Source of the DNA: Candidatus Omnitrophota bacterium
GTDB lineage: Bacteria > Omnitrophota > Gorgyraeia > JABMRN01 > RBG-13-46-9
DNA length: 64,000 nt
Direction of reading: 5' to 3'
NCBI GenBank assembly: GCA_013203315.1
Contig: JABMQJ010000007.1
Location: 3,270 to 67,269 of the forward strand
In this document: one piece after another, positions 1 through 9,045 of the stretch
How positions within the stretch are numbered: the first letter of the stretch is position 1
Layout of the letters: every line of letters starts with the position of its first letter
Program-made: the position numbers and the translations under genes
The notes under the pieces: generated by a model
Database searches by the model: none
Told to the model about the DNA's origin: nothing
What the model saw: the letters and a program-made list of their open reading frames with translations, nothing else

Positions 1-530
1 ATTTTTAAAATAGCTTCTTTTATTGAGAAAAGATGCATGAGGACCTGGGATAGAATTATTACATCGTATTTTTCGTCTATTTCAACATCTTCGAAAGCGC
101 CTTCATATACCTTAAAACCTTTACTCCTCAGATATTCTGCCCTTCCGTGGTTTACTTCCGCAGCATCAACTTCACATCCCCTTTTTTTTAGATAATTTCC
201 AGCTTCGCCGTGCCCCGCGCCAACATCTAATATTTTGCTATTTGGTCCTATATACTTCAAAAATTTATACACTTTCGGCATTATTGCTTTTTGTTTTACC
301 GCACCTACCATAAGTAAGAAATACTGTCGCAATGTTTCTTTTGTAACCCTCGGAAATGGGTATATAAGAGAACAATGCGAACATTTTTTGAAATCATAAA
401 AAAATGCTCTAGCTGTCTGCGGACTATCCATGATCTCCCCATCAGTTTTATCACAATATGGGCAGCCCTTATAAGTTAATTTATCAATGCTATTCATTTC
501 GTACAAAAATACTTCTTTTGCTTTATTCAT
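1..530 (-). CDS. Class I SAM-dependent methyltransferase with N-terminal Cys4 zinc ribbon (3' end truncated by window edge)
   Basis: Reverse-strand ATG at 530..528 is preceded by AGGAG 9 nt upstream. Translation reads MNKAKEVFLYEM..KGCPYCDK..CSHCSL.. followed by SAM motif I LDVGAGHGEAGNYL. It is absent from the ORF track because it runs off the window. Confidence 0.6.
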   Translation of the reverse strand, partial: MNKAKEVFLYEMNSIDKLTYKGCPYCDKTDGEIMDSPQTARAFFYDFKKCSHCSLIYPFPRVTKETLRQYFLLMVGAVKQKAIMPKVYKFLKYIGPNSKILDVGAGHGEAGNYLKKRGCEVDAAEVNHGRAEYLRSKGFKVYEGAFEDVEIDEKYDVIILSQVLMHLFSIKEAILK

Positions 531-601
531 TTTTTATTGCTCCTGTTTTTCAAAAAGAATCGCCTTACCCGGGTGTTCCACTTGTTTGTATACTTTACAG
601 C

Positions 602-637
602 TTATTCTTTGTTTAGAACGTTCTAAACAAAGAATAA
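602..637. promoter_or_regulatory. 36-bp perfect palindrome (18-bp arms, no spacer): candidate operator or hairpin in the 252-bp gap between GT-C gene and methyltransferase gene
   Basis: ttattctttgtttagaac / gttctaaacaaagaataa; 602..619 is the exact reverse complement of 620..637. No flanking T-tract, so it is not a canonical intrinsic terminator. Confidence 0.5.
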
Positions 638-782
638 CATAGCCCCCCCATATGTGTCAAGTATTATCTCGCTTCTACTTCGCCTTAGCGGAAACTCATA
701 GAAGCCATGCTTTGTGGAGATTAAACAAGAAATGGCGAGCTTTTTGTGGTATTCTTGAGGATTTTCGTGAAGAAAATAAGGC

Positions 783-2333
783 TTATAACGCGTACTCTAA
801 CCTTGGCATAAGCTTCAAAATTAGGCCCCTTACCCTATCGTTCTTGATAATCTGCACCCAGTGGCGTTTTTCCGCGGGTAAAGAGTCTATAAACTTGTTT
901 ATTTCCCCGGCAGCTACCCTAAAAAGGGTATTATTGTCAGAATCATAGACAACTATATACCGGTCTACCTTCTTTTTCCACTTGTATTTCGTATCCACTA
1001 AATACCCGTCTTCATATTTGTGCCTTTTATTGATCGGTTCCGCAGTTTTTACGCTATTTTCAGTTAAAAAATTCAATAGTGGATCTACGGCCATGTTTTC
1101 CGAAAAAAATTCAATATGGCTTATGGGGCCGTATTTTGAGTATTGATTCCCCGCAACGTAGACTATCCTTTTATCTTTATAATTTTTGAGACTTTGATTA
1201 TTTTTTATGGTTTCTATAACCCTTTGCTGCTCAGTATTCCATTCTTTCCAATGGTCCGAGATGCCCAAAATTGAGAATATTATAAGGGCGAAAAGAGCGG
1301 TTTTCCATTTGCGGGATAGGGGCATTAAAACAATAAGGTACGTCAATAATAATGAGCCAAAAATAGTAACTCTATTACCCAGGTTAAAGGCAAGTTGGGG
1401 ATAGAAACCGGTAACGGCGAACATTGCGAAAGACAGGCCCGTTAAAGCCGTTAGTCCCAACACAAGATTTCTATTGTATTTTTCCGTACGTTTTTCATAT
1501 GTTTTGTAGAAGACAACTACAAGAAGGACTCCGATTATAAGTGAGGTGATCGTCAATTGCGAAAATGAATAGTAGATCTTTAGCCACATCGAAGGGCCAA
1601 TCATGGAATCGGTAAACGTTACAATTTGAAGAATAAACTGTCTGGCTATGACCGGTATATTAATTTCGAGCGGAATTCTATTTGTGCCCGTTTTAAGAAC
1701 CTGTGTAAGAAAAACATAATAAACTGAATATATCACATTGGGAATAAGTAAAACCAGCCCTTTCTTAAGTTTTTTATCAAGCAGAAAAACAAGGAATAAC
1801 GAAAGGGCGATTACAGGTGACCCGTAAGAAACAAAAGATGCTGCCAGGGCCATTAGTAAAGCGCCCCAAAAGCGATTGCGATATGCCAGGTAATAAGCAT
1901 ATAGGTAAAAAGCCATTGATAGGGTAAGATACTGCCCCAGGAACCAGTAAGTGGTTGAGTCATGTGAAGGGAAAAATAGAAAAAGAAACGAAGCTATATA
2001 CGCATTTATTTGATTGAGATATAAACTGAAAAATTTTGTTACAAAATAAAAAGAAAGAGCGATGTAGAAAATTTTTAGGATTTCCGCAACAATAAAATTA
2101 TCGAGTCGAAAAAGCGGATACCAGATAAAGTGGGTAAAATTTTCAAATGGCGTGGTAAAACATTTGACTTCAAACAAAAGCATTTTTATAAAACTTTTGT
2201 TTTTTAAAACAACAGTGTAGGTGAAATCGTCGGATACTATCCCTGTATTAATTAAAAGATAAGCAATTAGGGCAAGAAACGAAAAAAACCATATCTTTTT
2301 CTTCGTTTGGTTTACTACGTGCATGTTCTCCAT
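783..2333 (-). CDS. GT-C fold membrane glycosyltransferase (ArnT / PMT_2-like, polyprenyl-phosphate-sugar dependent)
   Basis: 516 aa. About 11 predicted TM helices in the first ~380 aa. Acidic SDDF motif in the first predicted loop, typical of GT-C donors-site loop. Soluble ~130 aa C-terminal domain. Positioned like arnT at the end of the Arn-like module. Confidence 0.5.
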   Translation of the reverse strand: MENMHVVNQTKKKIWFFSFLALIAYLLINTGIVSDDFTYTVVLKNKSFIKMLLFEVKCFTTPFENFTHFIWYPLFRLDNFIVAEILKIFYIALSFYFVTKFFSLYLNQINAYIASFLFLFFPSHDSTTYWFLGQYLTLSMAFYLYAYYLAYRNRFWGALLMALAASFVSYGSPVIALSLFLVFLLDKKLKKGLVLLIPNVIYSVYYVFLTQVLKTGTNRIPLEINIPVIARQFILQIVTFTDSMIGPSMWLKIYYSFSQLTITSLIIGVLLVVVFYKTYEKRTEKYNRNLVLGLTALTGLSFAMFAVTGFYPQLAFNLGNRVTIFGSLLLTYLIVLMPLSRKWKTALFALIIFSILGISDHWKEWNTEQQRVIETIKNNQSLKNYKDKRIVYVAGNQYSKYGPISHIEFFSENMAVDPLLNFLTENSVKTAEPINKRHKYEDGYLVDTKYKWKKKVDRYIVVYDSDNNTLFRVAAGEINKFIDSLPAEKRHWVQIIKNDRVRGLILKLMPRLEYAL

Positions 2334-3128
2334 CTAACTACTTACCCTACCGACGGCGATTATAGAACTCCCGAAAGGGAAACTCAGGAACTTACCTATG
2401 AATAGCTCTACTTTGCCGATCAGTGTAAACAAAGCATTAAAAAATGTATTAATCTTGAATTCTCTTTTGATAAACTCCTCGCTATAAGCGTTTTCCGCAA
2501 ATTTAGGGGTTGCCCGTACTATTCTTCTTCTCAAAAACAAAAAAATACTTGTAAGAAAAAAGAAATATCTTATAAAAATACATTCCAGGCCCGAGGCCTG
2601 TATTTCCCTTTTTAGCGTATCCCTACTGTATCGCCGTTTATGGCCGCTTATAGCGTCGTATTCCGACCATAGCTTTGCCAGCGCCGGAACTGTAATAATA
2701 ATTATTCCTTTTTTTTTGCAAAAATATTTTGCGTTTCGCATAGCAAGAACCGGGTCGTTCAAATGCTCAACTATGTCTGCTAAAATTATTACCTCGTATT
2801 TTTCTTTTAAATCTTTTACTTCGGTTTTTCTGGGATCAACCCCTAGGTCATACTTAAAGACCTTTCCGGCGCGCTCGGAGATATACGAAAGTGATTCACT
2901 GTAGATATCGGATCCGTCCACGTCGAGATTTTTTGCGGAAAGAAAGGAGAGCACGTTTCCCGAGCCGGCCCCCAGCTCCAATATTTTAGGGTTTTTTTTG
3001 CGGCAGAATTGAGTTATGGTGCGATAAATTATCTCATTCCTGTGGGAATACCAGAAGTGCTTGCGGGAATAAGCCAAGCTTTTTAAGAATTCCTTGTTAT
3101 AATCACTTATCCCCATTTTTTCTTTCAA
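2334..3128 (-). CDS. Class I SAM-dependent methyltransferase with hydrophobic C-terminal tail
   Basis: Motif I ILELGAGSGNVLSFL and acidic motif II ILADIVEHL. C-terminal ~70 aa is hydrophobic (FFFLTSIFLFL..), suggesting membrane association. Confidence 0.6.
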   Translation of the reverse strand: MKEKMGISDYNKEFLKSLAYSRKHFWYSHRNEIIYRTITQFCRKKNPKILELGAGSGNVLSFLSAKNLDVDGSDIYSESLSYISERAGKVFKYDLGVDPRKTEVKDLKEKYEVIILADIVEHLNDPVLAMRNAKYFCKKKGIIIITVPALAKLWSEYDAISGHKRRYSRDTLKREIQASGLECIFIRYFFFLTSIFLFLRRRIVRATPKFAENAYSEEFIKREFKINTFFNALFTLIGKVELFIGKFLSFPFGSSIIAVGRVSS

Positions 3129-4050
3129 ATTTTTCTTTTATTATATACAGCGGTCTCTTCCTTGTTTCTATGGACATTCTGACCAAATATTCACTGACAA
3201 CGCCGATAAAAAATGTCGTGACCCCGGAAAGAAACAATAAAATCGCTACAAATGTGGTAAGCGGGCTGGGTGTGCCGAAGAAAAACCTAAAGGACAAAAG
3301 ATACCCGGTCAATAAAACGCTTATAATCAAGAATACCGCACCCACTATGCTTATCAGCTGAATGGGCACAAGCGTGTATGCGGTGATGAGGTCAAAGGCT
3401 TGGCGCAGAAAACTTAATAAATTATATTTTGATTTTCCGTATTTTCTGGGATTGTCTTTTACCGGTACTTCTATTACGCTGCCGGTAAGCCAACTTGCAA
3501 AAGCCGGTATGTACACGCATTTTTCTCCATATTGCAACAGATAATTTATTATGCTCCTTTTATAGGCCCGTAGCATACACCCGTAGTCCTTTAATTTCAC
3601 GCCGGTTAGTTTTGAAATTATAATGTTCATGACAGCTGAGGAAAACTTTCGGAGTATGCCCTCTTTTCGGCCCATACGCCTTCCTGCAACAACATCGAAG
3701 CCCTCTTCGATTTTCTCTAAAAGTTTTGGTATTTCGCCCGGAGGATTTTGGAGATCAGCGTCGAGCGTGACAACTACTTCGCCTTCGGAAGAGTTAAATC
3801 CGGCCATTACTGCGGCATGCTGACCGAAGTTTCTGCAAAATGAGATAATTTTTACGTTTTGTCCGGTGTTTTTAAACCCTTCCAGTATCTCGAGGCTCTT
3901 ATCCTTGCTGCCGTCATCGACAAAGATGATCTCATAGCTTTTGCCGATACCCTTAAGAACCGAACTCAGTTCACTATATAACTCTCGCAAGCCGTCTTCC
4001 TCGTTAAAGACGGGAACAACTATTGAAACGTATGCACCCTTATTCATCAC
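3103..4050 (-). CDS. GT2 polyprenyl-phosphate sugar transferase with two C-terminal TM helices (ArnC / GtrB-like)
   Basis: VSIVVPVFNEE..FVDDGSKDKS..DADLQNP (DXD) GT-A core followed by two TM helices (ITAYTLVPIQLISIVGAVFLI.. and TFVAILLFLSGVTTFFIGVV), the ArnC/GtrB architecture. Confidence 0.75.
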   Translation of the reverse strand: MMNKGAYVSIVVPVFNEEDGLRELYSELSSVLKGIGKSYEIIFVDDGSKDKSLEILEGFKNTGQNVKIISFCRNFGQHAAVMAGFNSSEGEVVVTLDADLQNPPGEIPKLLEKIEEGFDVVAGRRMGRKEGILRKFSSAVMNIIISKLTGVKLKDYGCMLRAYKRSIINYLLQYGEKCVYIPAFASWLTGSVIEVPVKDNPRKYGKSKYNLLSFLRQAFDLITAYTLVPIQLISIVGAVFLIISVLLTGYLLSFRFFFGTPSPLTTFVAILLFLSGVTTFFIGVVSEYLVRMSIETRKRPLYIIKEKFERKNGDK

Positions 4051-5102
4051 TTATTCACTACCTTTCTTGAAAATTTATTGTCAGCAAGATAATAGTCAAT
4101 GGTTTTACGGAGGGCTGCATCCAGGCCTATCAGGGGTTCCCAGCCCAGAACGTCCCGAGCCTTTTTGATAGACGGGACCCTGAAAGACACATCCTGATAA
4201 CCTTCCCCGTAAAAAATCTTTTCGCTGACATCTTCTATGTCGATTTTTTTGATCAGATTTGTTGATTTTATAATCGGATGTTTATAAAATATTTTCCGAA
4301 CTCTGGAGGCCAACTCTCTTATGGTAACGTTATTTTTCGGATTTCCGATATTAAAAATCATTCCGTTCGTTACTCCGCTCTTATCTCCGATAATTTTCGT
4401 TAAACATTTAATGCCGTCATCAATATAAAGAAAACATCTTTTCTGATGCCCACCATTAACCAGTTTCATGGGCTCGTTTTTTAAGACATTCCCTATGAAT
4501 TGTGTGAGGACCCTTGAGCCGCCCTCTTTGGTTGTGTAAATATCATCGAGTTTCGGCCCTATCCAGTTATACGGTCTGAAAATTGTAAATTTAAAATCTT
4601 TTTCGAATCCATAGGCCCACATGACTCTATCCAGCAATTGTTTACAGCAGCTGTAAATCCATCTCTGCTTATTGGTAGGGCCCAGTATGAAGTTGCTTTT
4701 ATCCTCATCAAAGGCCTCATCGGTGCACATACCGTAAACCTCAGACGTAGAGGGAAAAACAACCCTTGTCTTGTATTTAACTGCTTTTTTGATAATTTCC
4801 AGGTTTGTCTCAAAATCCAGTTCAAAGACCTTTAACGGATTTTTTATATAAGTCGCGGGCGTGGCGATGGCCACCAGCGGCAAAACTACGTCACATTCTT
4901 TTATGTTATGTTCTATCCACTCCTTATCTTTATCTACGGTAACGTCCCCTTTTACGAAATTAAATCGCGGATTGTCGACTATATCGCTTATTTTATTACT
5001 TTCGACGTCAAGCCCGTAGACTTCCCAATCTGTGGTTTTTAATATATTTTCCGAAAGATGACTTCCTATAAAACCGTTAACGCCTAAAATTAGTACCTTC
5101 AT
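4047..5102 (-). CDS. UDP-glucuronic acid oxidative decarboxylase, ArnA C-terminal-domain-like (stand-alone SDR)
   Basis: Near-collinear match to the E. coli ArnA decarboxylase domain: KVLILGVNGFIGSHL..YGLD..CDVVLPLVAIATPA.Y..NPL.VFELDFE.NL.II..VKY..R..FPSTSEVYGMC..RWIYS..KQLLDRV.WAYG. There is no formyltransferase domain upstream. Confidence 0.7.
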   Translation of the reverse strand: MKVLILGVNGFIGSHLSENILKTTDWEVYGLDVESNKISDIVDNPRFNFVKGDVTVDKDKEWIEHNIKECDVVLPLVAIATPATYIKNPLKVFELDFETNLEIIKKAVKYKTRVVFPSTSEVYGMCTDEAFDEDKSNFILGPTNKQRWIYSCCKQLLDRVMWAYGFEKDFKFTIFRPYNWIGPKLDDIYTTKEGGSRVLTQFIGNVLKNEPMKLVNGGHQKRCFLYIDDGIKCLTKIIGDKSGVTNGMIFNIGNPKNNVTIRELASRVRKIFYKHPIIKSTNLIKKIDIEDVSEKIFYGEGYQDVSFRVPSIKKARDVLGWEPLIGLDAALRKTIDYYLADNKFSRKVVNK

Positions 5103-5123
5103 TGGTTTTTATTATACCTTTTT

Positions 5124-5954
5124 CTACGCAACATTTGAAGCATAAAAATTAAAAGATCCCAGCCAATCATAACAGCCTAGCAATTTCTTTTCAAATTTAA
5201 TCGGAGAATCGTCAAAACCGGTTATTTCCGTTCGTTTCAGGGTAAAAATATCCGCATTTTTATCGTTTATACCGTTTACACTTGAACACGCACAGAGAAA
5301 ACCCTCTTGCTTTAAAATGTTTTTTGTCTCGTTTGTGTATTTGCCATGCGGAAAGCTAAACGCATAAATTTTATCATGTATATTCTTTTCGATTGTTTCC
5401 CTGGATCCTGCTATTTCCCCTATCAATGCTTCTCTATCGATTTCAGTGAGCCTTTTATGCGTTAGTGCATGGGAACCGATCGAAAAACCGGCCTGACCAA
5501 GTTTGATAAGATCTCCCCAATCAAGTGTCTGCCAACTATGCCAATAGACGTGTTTCGGCAGTTTTTGTTCCAGAAAATATATGTTTACAAAAAGCGTGGC
5601 TTTAAAATCGAATTTCTTTACTATTGGCATAGCATTCGTCAGGATACTTTTATACCCATCGTCAAATGTAATCACTATGGATCTTTTAGGCGGGGCTATG
5701 CCCTTTCTGAGGCTCTCTGCCAAATCAAGAAGCCCTATTACACAAAAGCCCTCTTCCTTTAAATATCTCATGTGCATTTCGAATACTGACGGCAAAACAG
5801 CAAGCCCCATAAGGTCTTTTGAAGGGTCAGAACTTTCTATCGCATGATATGCAAGGATGCGACAACTTTCTTTGTCTAATATTTTTGATTTCGCAATTCG
5901 TCGTCGGGCAAAAATAATGTTTGAGGCTATATTTTTGGAAATTCTTTTAATCAT
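5124..5954 (-). CDS. NodB-type polysaccharide deacetylase (possible ArnD-like deformylase/deacetylase)
   Basis: VITFDDGYKS motif, a downstream His (GSHALTH) and conserved LxxFxxK region. Sits in the ArnD position of the module. Confidence 0.65.
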   Translation of the reverse strand: MIKRISKNIASNIIFARRRIAKSKILDKESCRILAYHAIESSDPSKDLMGLAVLPSVFEMHMRYLKEEGFCVIGLLDLAESLRKGIAPPKRSIVITFDDGYKSILTNAMPIVKKFDFKATLFVNIYFLEQKLPKHVYWHSWQTLDWGDLIKLGQAGFSIGSHALTHKRLTEIDREALIGEIAGSRETIEKNIHDKIYAFSFPHGKYTNETKNILKQEGFLCACSSVNGINDKNADIFTLKRTEITGFDDSPIKFEKKLLGCYDWLGSFNFYASNVA

Positions 5955-7023
5955 TCAAGACACCTAAAAGCCGGTCTATGTTGCGAGTGAGTGAACATTT
6001 CTCCACGACCGTGGCTCTCCCCTTTTGTCCGACTGTTTGCCTTAGTCTTTCGTTTTCTATAAGTTCCGATAAAACGCGTATCCATTCTTCAGTTGTGACA
6101 GTGAAAAATCCGTTTTCTCCATTTTTTATCATCTCTGCGTTGGTAGGGGTATAAGACACAACCGCAGGTATGCCTACCGCCATATATTGAAGCATTTTAC
6201 AGCCTAGCTTCCCCCTGGTCCATTCATTGTCAGGCATCGGCATTATACCTATATCGCACCCTTGTAAATTACGAACCTCGCTATCATAACTCCAATCGAC
6301 CCTTTCATGTCTTACACCGGGATTTGTGTACTTTCCGAGGCCAATAAATTTAAATTTGACAAAGTCATATTTTTCACTGACACGTCTAAGGGCGTCATTA
6401 AGCATATAAAGATACGCAGTAGTAGCCGGCGAACCTATCCAGCCAACTACCACGCTTTTGTCTTTTTCTTTGGGTAGGACAAAAAAGCGTTCTGTGTCTA
6501 TGGGCCCCGGTATCTTGACGACGCGATTACAATATCTGGAAACAAATTCTCTTATATACTCATTTTCCACTATAACGGTTTTGGATACCTTAAGTATATT
6601 AATAACCTCACCCTTTTTGACATATTTTTTTATTCGCGTGACGAGATCGCGGCCTTCTTTATCAGGTAGATATATCGCGTCGTCTATATCAAATATAATA
6701 TTCTTATTTAGGATTTTTAATAGGATTTCGAGTCTGAATGGAAACGTGGTTCTTTGCAAGAAAATCGCATTAAATCTTCTCGCAATAAATATCACGTGTA
6801 TTAGGCGCAACATTCGCTCGATAGATACGTATACATAGTACAAAAGTTTCGTGAGCGGGCCAAAATCCGGTGATTTTATCATAAGTGCTGTTGAAATTCC
6901 GGAGATCGCGGAAAAAGAGCGGTATTTTATGCCGCGTTTTTCCAGCTGCGGTAAGTACTGCGATACCCTATACCGCGTAGCTGGGGCTTTTTCGGTGCCG
7001 TAAGATACAAAAAGAATTCTCAT
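5947..7023 (-). CDS. GT4-family (GT-B) glycosyltransferase
   Basis: C-terminal GT-B donor-binding region: IGIMPMPDNEWTRGKLGCKMLQYMAVGIPAVVSYTPTNAEMIKNGENGF. The likely true start is MRILFVSYG at 7023, giving an ATGA overlap with the upstream stop at 7020; the longer track ORF 5947..7122 overlaps the aminotransferase. Paralogous to 19985..21013. Confidence 0.65.
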   Translation of the reverse strand: MRILFVSYGTEKAPATRYRVSQYLPQLEKRGIKYRSFSAISGISTALMIKSPDFGPLTKLLYYVYVSIERMLRLIHVIFIARRFNAIFLQRTTFPFRLEILLKILNKNIIFDIDDAIYLPDKEGRDLVTRIKKYVKKGEVINILKVSKTVIVENEYIREFVSRYCNRVVKIPGPIDTERFFVLPKEKDKSVVVGWIGSPATTAYLYMLNDALRRVSEKYDFVKFKFIGLGKYTNPGVRHERVDWSYDSEVRNLQGCDIGIMPMPDNEWTRGKLGCKMLQYMAVGIPAVVSYTPTNAEMIKNGENGFFTVTTEEWIRVLSELIENERLRQTVGQKGRATVVEKCSLTRNIDRLLGVLND

Positions 7024-8144
7024 AATTTTTCTTCCATAAATTTCTTTACACAGTATTTTACTTTCTGCACTTGTTTTTTTGTCATATCGTAGAAAAGCGG
7101 CAAGGAGACTATCTCCTTCCATACCCTCTCTGTAACCGGTAGTTTTTTGCTGAACTCTTTAAATAACGGCTGGATATGATTTGGGATATAGTTTATGCCT
7201 ATCGATATGCCTTGTTCCTGCATAAACTGTATGAATTTATCCCTGTTTTTCTTAATTCGTATTGTATAATTGAAGGGGGCAATTTCCGAATAATTTTTTC
7301 GTAGAATCTCTATTCGCTTTACGTTTTTAAAGAAATTGTCGTATTCTTTTACTATGCTTTTACGTTTTTTTATAAAACTTCCAAATCTTTTAAGCTGTTC
7401 CAGGCCTATGGCTGCATTTATGTTGCTCATATGATATCTGTAACCCTCTGTAACAACTTCATAGAACCAACTTCTCTTATTTTTGTACCGCATCCAGGTA
7501 TCCTTGCTTATGCCCAGAAGTCTTTTTCTTCTCAAGGTTTCCGCAAGCTTTGCGCTGTTTGTGGTAACGCATCCCCCTTCCCCGCAGGTCAGGTTCTTTA
7601 TGGGGTCGAAGCTAAAACAAGCTAGCTCCCCGAAGCTACCTATTTTCCTGCCTTTATGCGAGGCGCCGAAGGCGTGCGCCGCGTCTTCTATTATATGTAT
7701 TCTTTTCTTTTTCCCTATTTTTAAAATTTCATCTATGTCGCAGGGCATACCGCCGTAATGCACCACAAGTATGGCTTTTGTTTTCTTTGTTATACGTTTT
7801 TTGGCGTCTTCTACGTCGATATTCAAGGTATCCGGCATGATCTCGCAAAATACCGGTTTGGCACCGACATTTATTATCGGCTGGATGGACCCTACGAAGG
7901 TAAGCGACGGTACTATCACTTCGTCACCCGGACCGACGCCTGCGCTTGAAAGGGCCATATGAATGGCGCTGGTTCCCGTACTTACGGCTATGGCGTGCTT
8001 TACGCCAAGATAGGCTTGGATCTTTTTTTCAAACTCATACACAAAAGACCCCATGCCGAGCCAATGGGTCTTGAAAACTTTTTCTACATTTTTCAGTTCT
8101 TTTTTCCCTATATTGGGTCTTGCGAGTGGAATCATTCTATTCAC
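7020..8144 (-). CDS. DegT/DnrJ/EryC1/StrS-family PLP sugar aminotransferase (ArnB-like)
   Basis: Fold-type I aminotransferase with internal aldimine lysine context (..SFDPIKNLTCGEGG..). Heads the Arn-like module as arnB does. Confidence 0.75.
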   Translation of the reverse strand: MNRMIPLARPNIGKKELKNVEKVFKTHWLGMGSFVYEFEKKIQAYLGVKHAIAVSTGTSAIHMALSSAGVGPGDEVIVPSLTFVGSIQPIINVGAKPVFCEIMPDTLNIDVEDAKKRITKKTKAILVVHYGGMPCDIDEILKIGKKKRIHIIEDAAHAFGASHKGRKIGSFGELACFSFDPIKNLTCGEGGCVTTNSAKLAETLRRKRLLGISKDTWMRYKNKRSWFYEVVTEGYRYHMSNINAAIGLEQLKRFGSFIKKRKSIVKEYDNFFKNVKRIEILRKNYSEIAPFNYTIRIKKNRDKFIQFMQEQGISIGINYIPNHIQPLFKEFSKKLPVTERVWKEIVSLPLFYDMTKKQVQKVKYCVKKFMEEKL

Positions 8145-9045
8145 CTCTTTCCGCTATACAAAAAATCAAATGGCCATTGCCTGTCATGCCCCCGAGCAGC
8201 ACAATAGCTTTCCGTATAAGATTTACTACCTTATTCACTAAACCCTTTCCTATAATCTTTCCGCCGCCGCATATTCCCATTATCTTGACGTTCGACACCT
8301 TAAAACCGGCCTCGTTTAATGCTCTCGAAAGAGACTTTTTATTAAATCCGTAAATCTGAAAAGTCGGAAAAAGCGGCGAAAGATGGGTAGTAATCTGTTC
8401 CCCGGAAACCAGGGTTTTAAAAAAATCTCCCATTTTAAAAACCAGGGCATCCTCATTGGTAATCTCAATAAAAAGAATGCCGGTTTTTTTAAGCAATGAC
8501 TTTGCCTTTTTCAACATCCCTAAAGGGTCCTGCACATATTGTAAAACGGAATTAAGGCATATGACGTCGAAACTTTTTTCCTGGAGTGCCAAATTATTCA
8601 CATCCCCCAGAAGCAAATCTATGTTAAATGCTTCTTTTGCATATTGCGTAAGTTTCTTCGACACCTCGATGCCTGTTGCCTGCCAGCCTTGCTTACCTGC
8701 AACATAAACAAGCTCCCCTACTCCGCACCCGATATCCAGCAAATTACCTTTTTGGGGCTTACTTTTTTCTATCATACGTATTCTCTTTTTATTTTTTCTT
8801 ATTTGCCCCTGGAGCGCTTCGCGGGAAAGACTAATTATTTCAGGATTAAAATTAAGTCTATCGCTACTTTGTGTTGAGCGCGGCATTGGGTTAGGATAAA
8901 GAAGACCGCAAGAAGAACACCGGGCTATAGTTGTATCAAGCTCCGGATTTCCCTCGGGGCTTTTCCTTTTGCCCAACGATTCTGTCGCCTCAGAGCCACA
9001 TATATTGCATTTCACATATTCAAAATTCATATCTTGGCCTCTCAA
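8137..9045 (-). CDS. Class I SAM-dependent methyltransferase with N-terminal zinc ribbon
   Basis: CNICGS..CSSCGL zinc ribbon, then motif I LLDIGCGVGELVYVA. Same architecture as the truncated gene at 1..530. Confidence 0.6.
   Translation of the reverse strand: MRGQDMNFEYVKCNICGSEATESLGKRKSPEGNPELDTTIARCSSCGLLYPNPMPRSTQSSDRLNFNPEIISLSREALQGQIRKNKKRIRMIEKSKPQKGNLLDIGCGVGELVYVAGKQGWQATGIEVSKKLTQYAKEAFNIDLLLGDVNNLALQEKSFDVICLNSVLQYVQDPLGMLKKAKSLLKKTGILFIEITNEDALVFKMGDFFKTLVSGEQITTHLSPLFPTFQIYGFNKKSLSRALNEAGFKVSNVKIMGICGGGKIIGKGLVNKVVNLIRKAIVLLGGMTGNGHLIFCIAERGE

Noticed and set aside
652-948. 98-aa plus-strand ORF from the track
   Set aside because: It lies in the intergenic gap and runs antisense into the 3' end of the GT-C gene. 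It has no RBS and no recognisable domain. Treated as a chance ORF.
5947-7122. Longer GT4 ORF overlapping the aminotransferase gene by ~100 nt
   Set aside because: The internal Met at 7023 gives the classic ATGA stop/start overlap with the upstream gene, and the protein then starts with the GT4 N-terminus MRILFVSYG. The extension was rejected.
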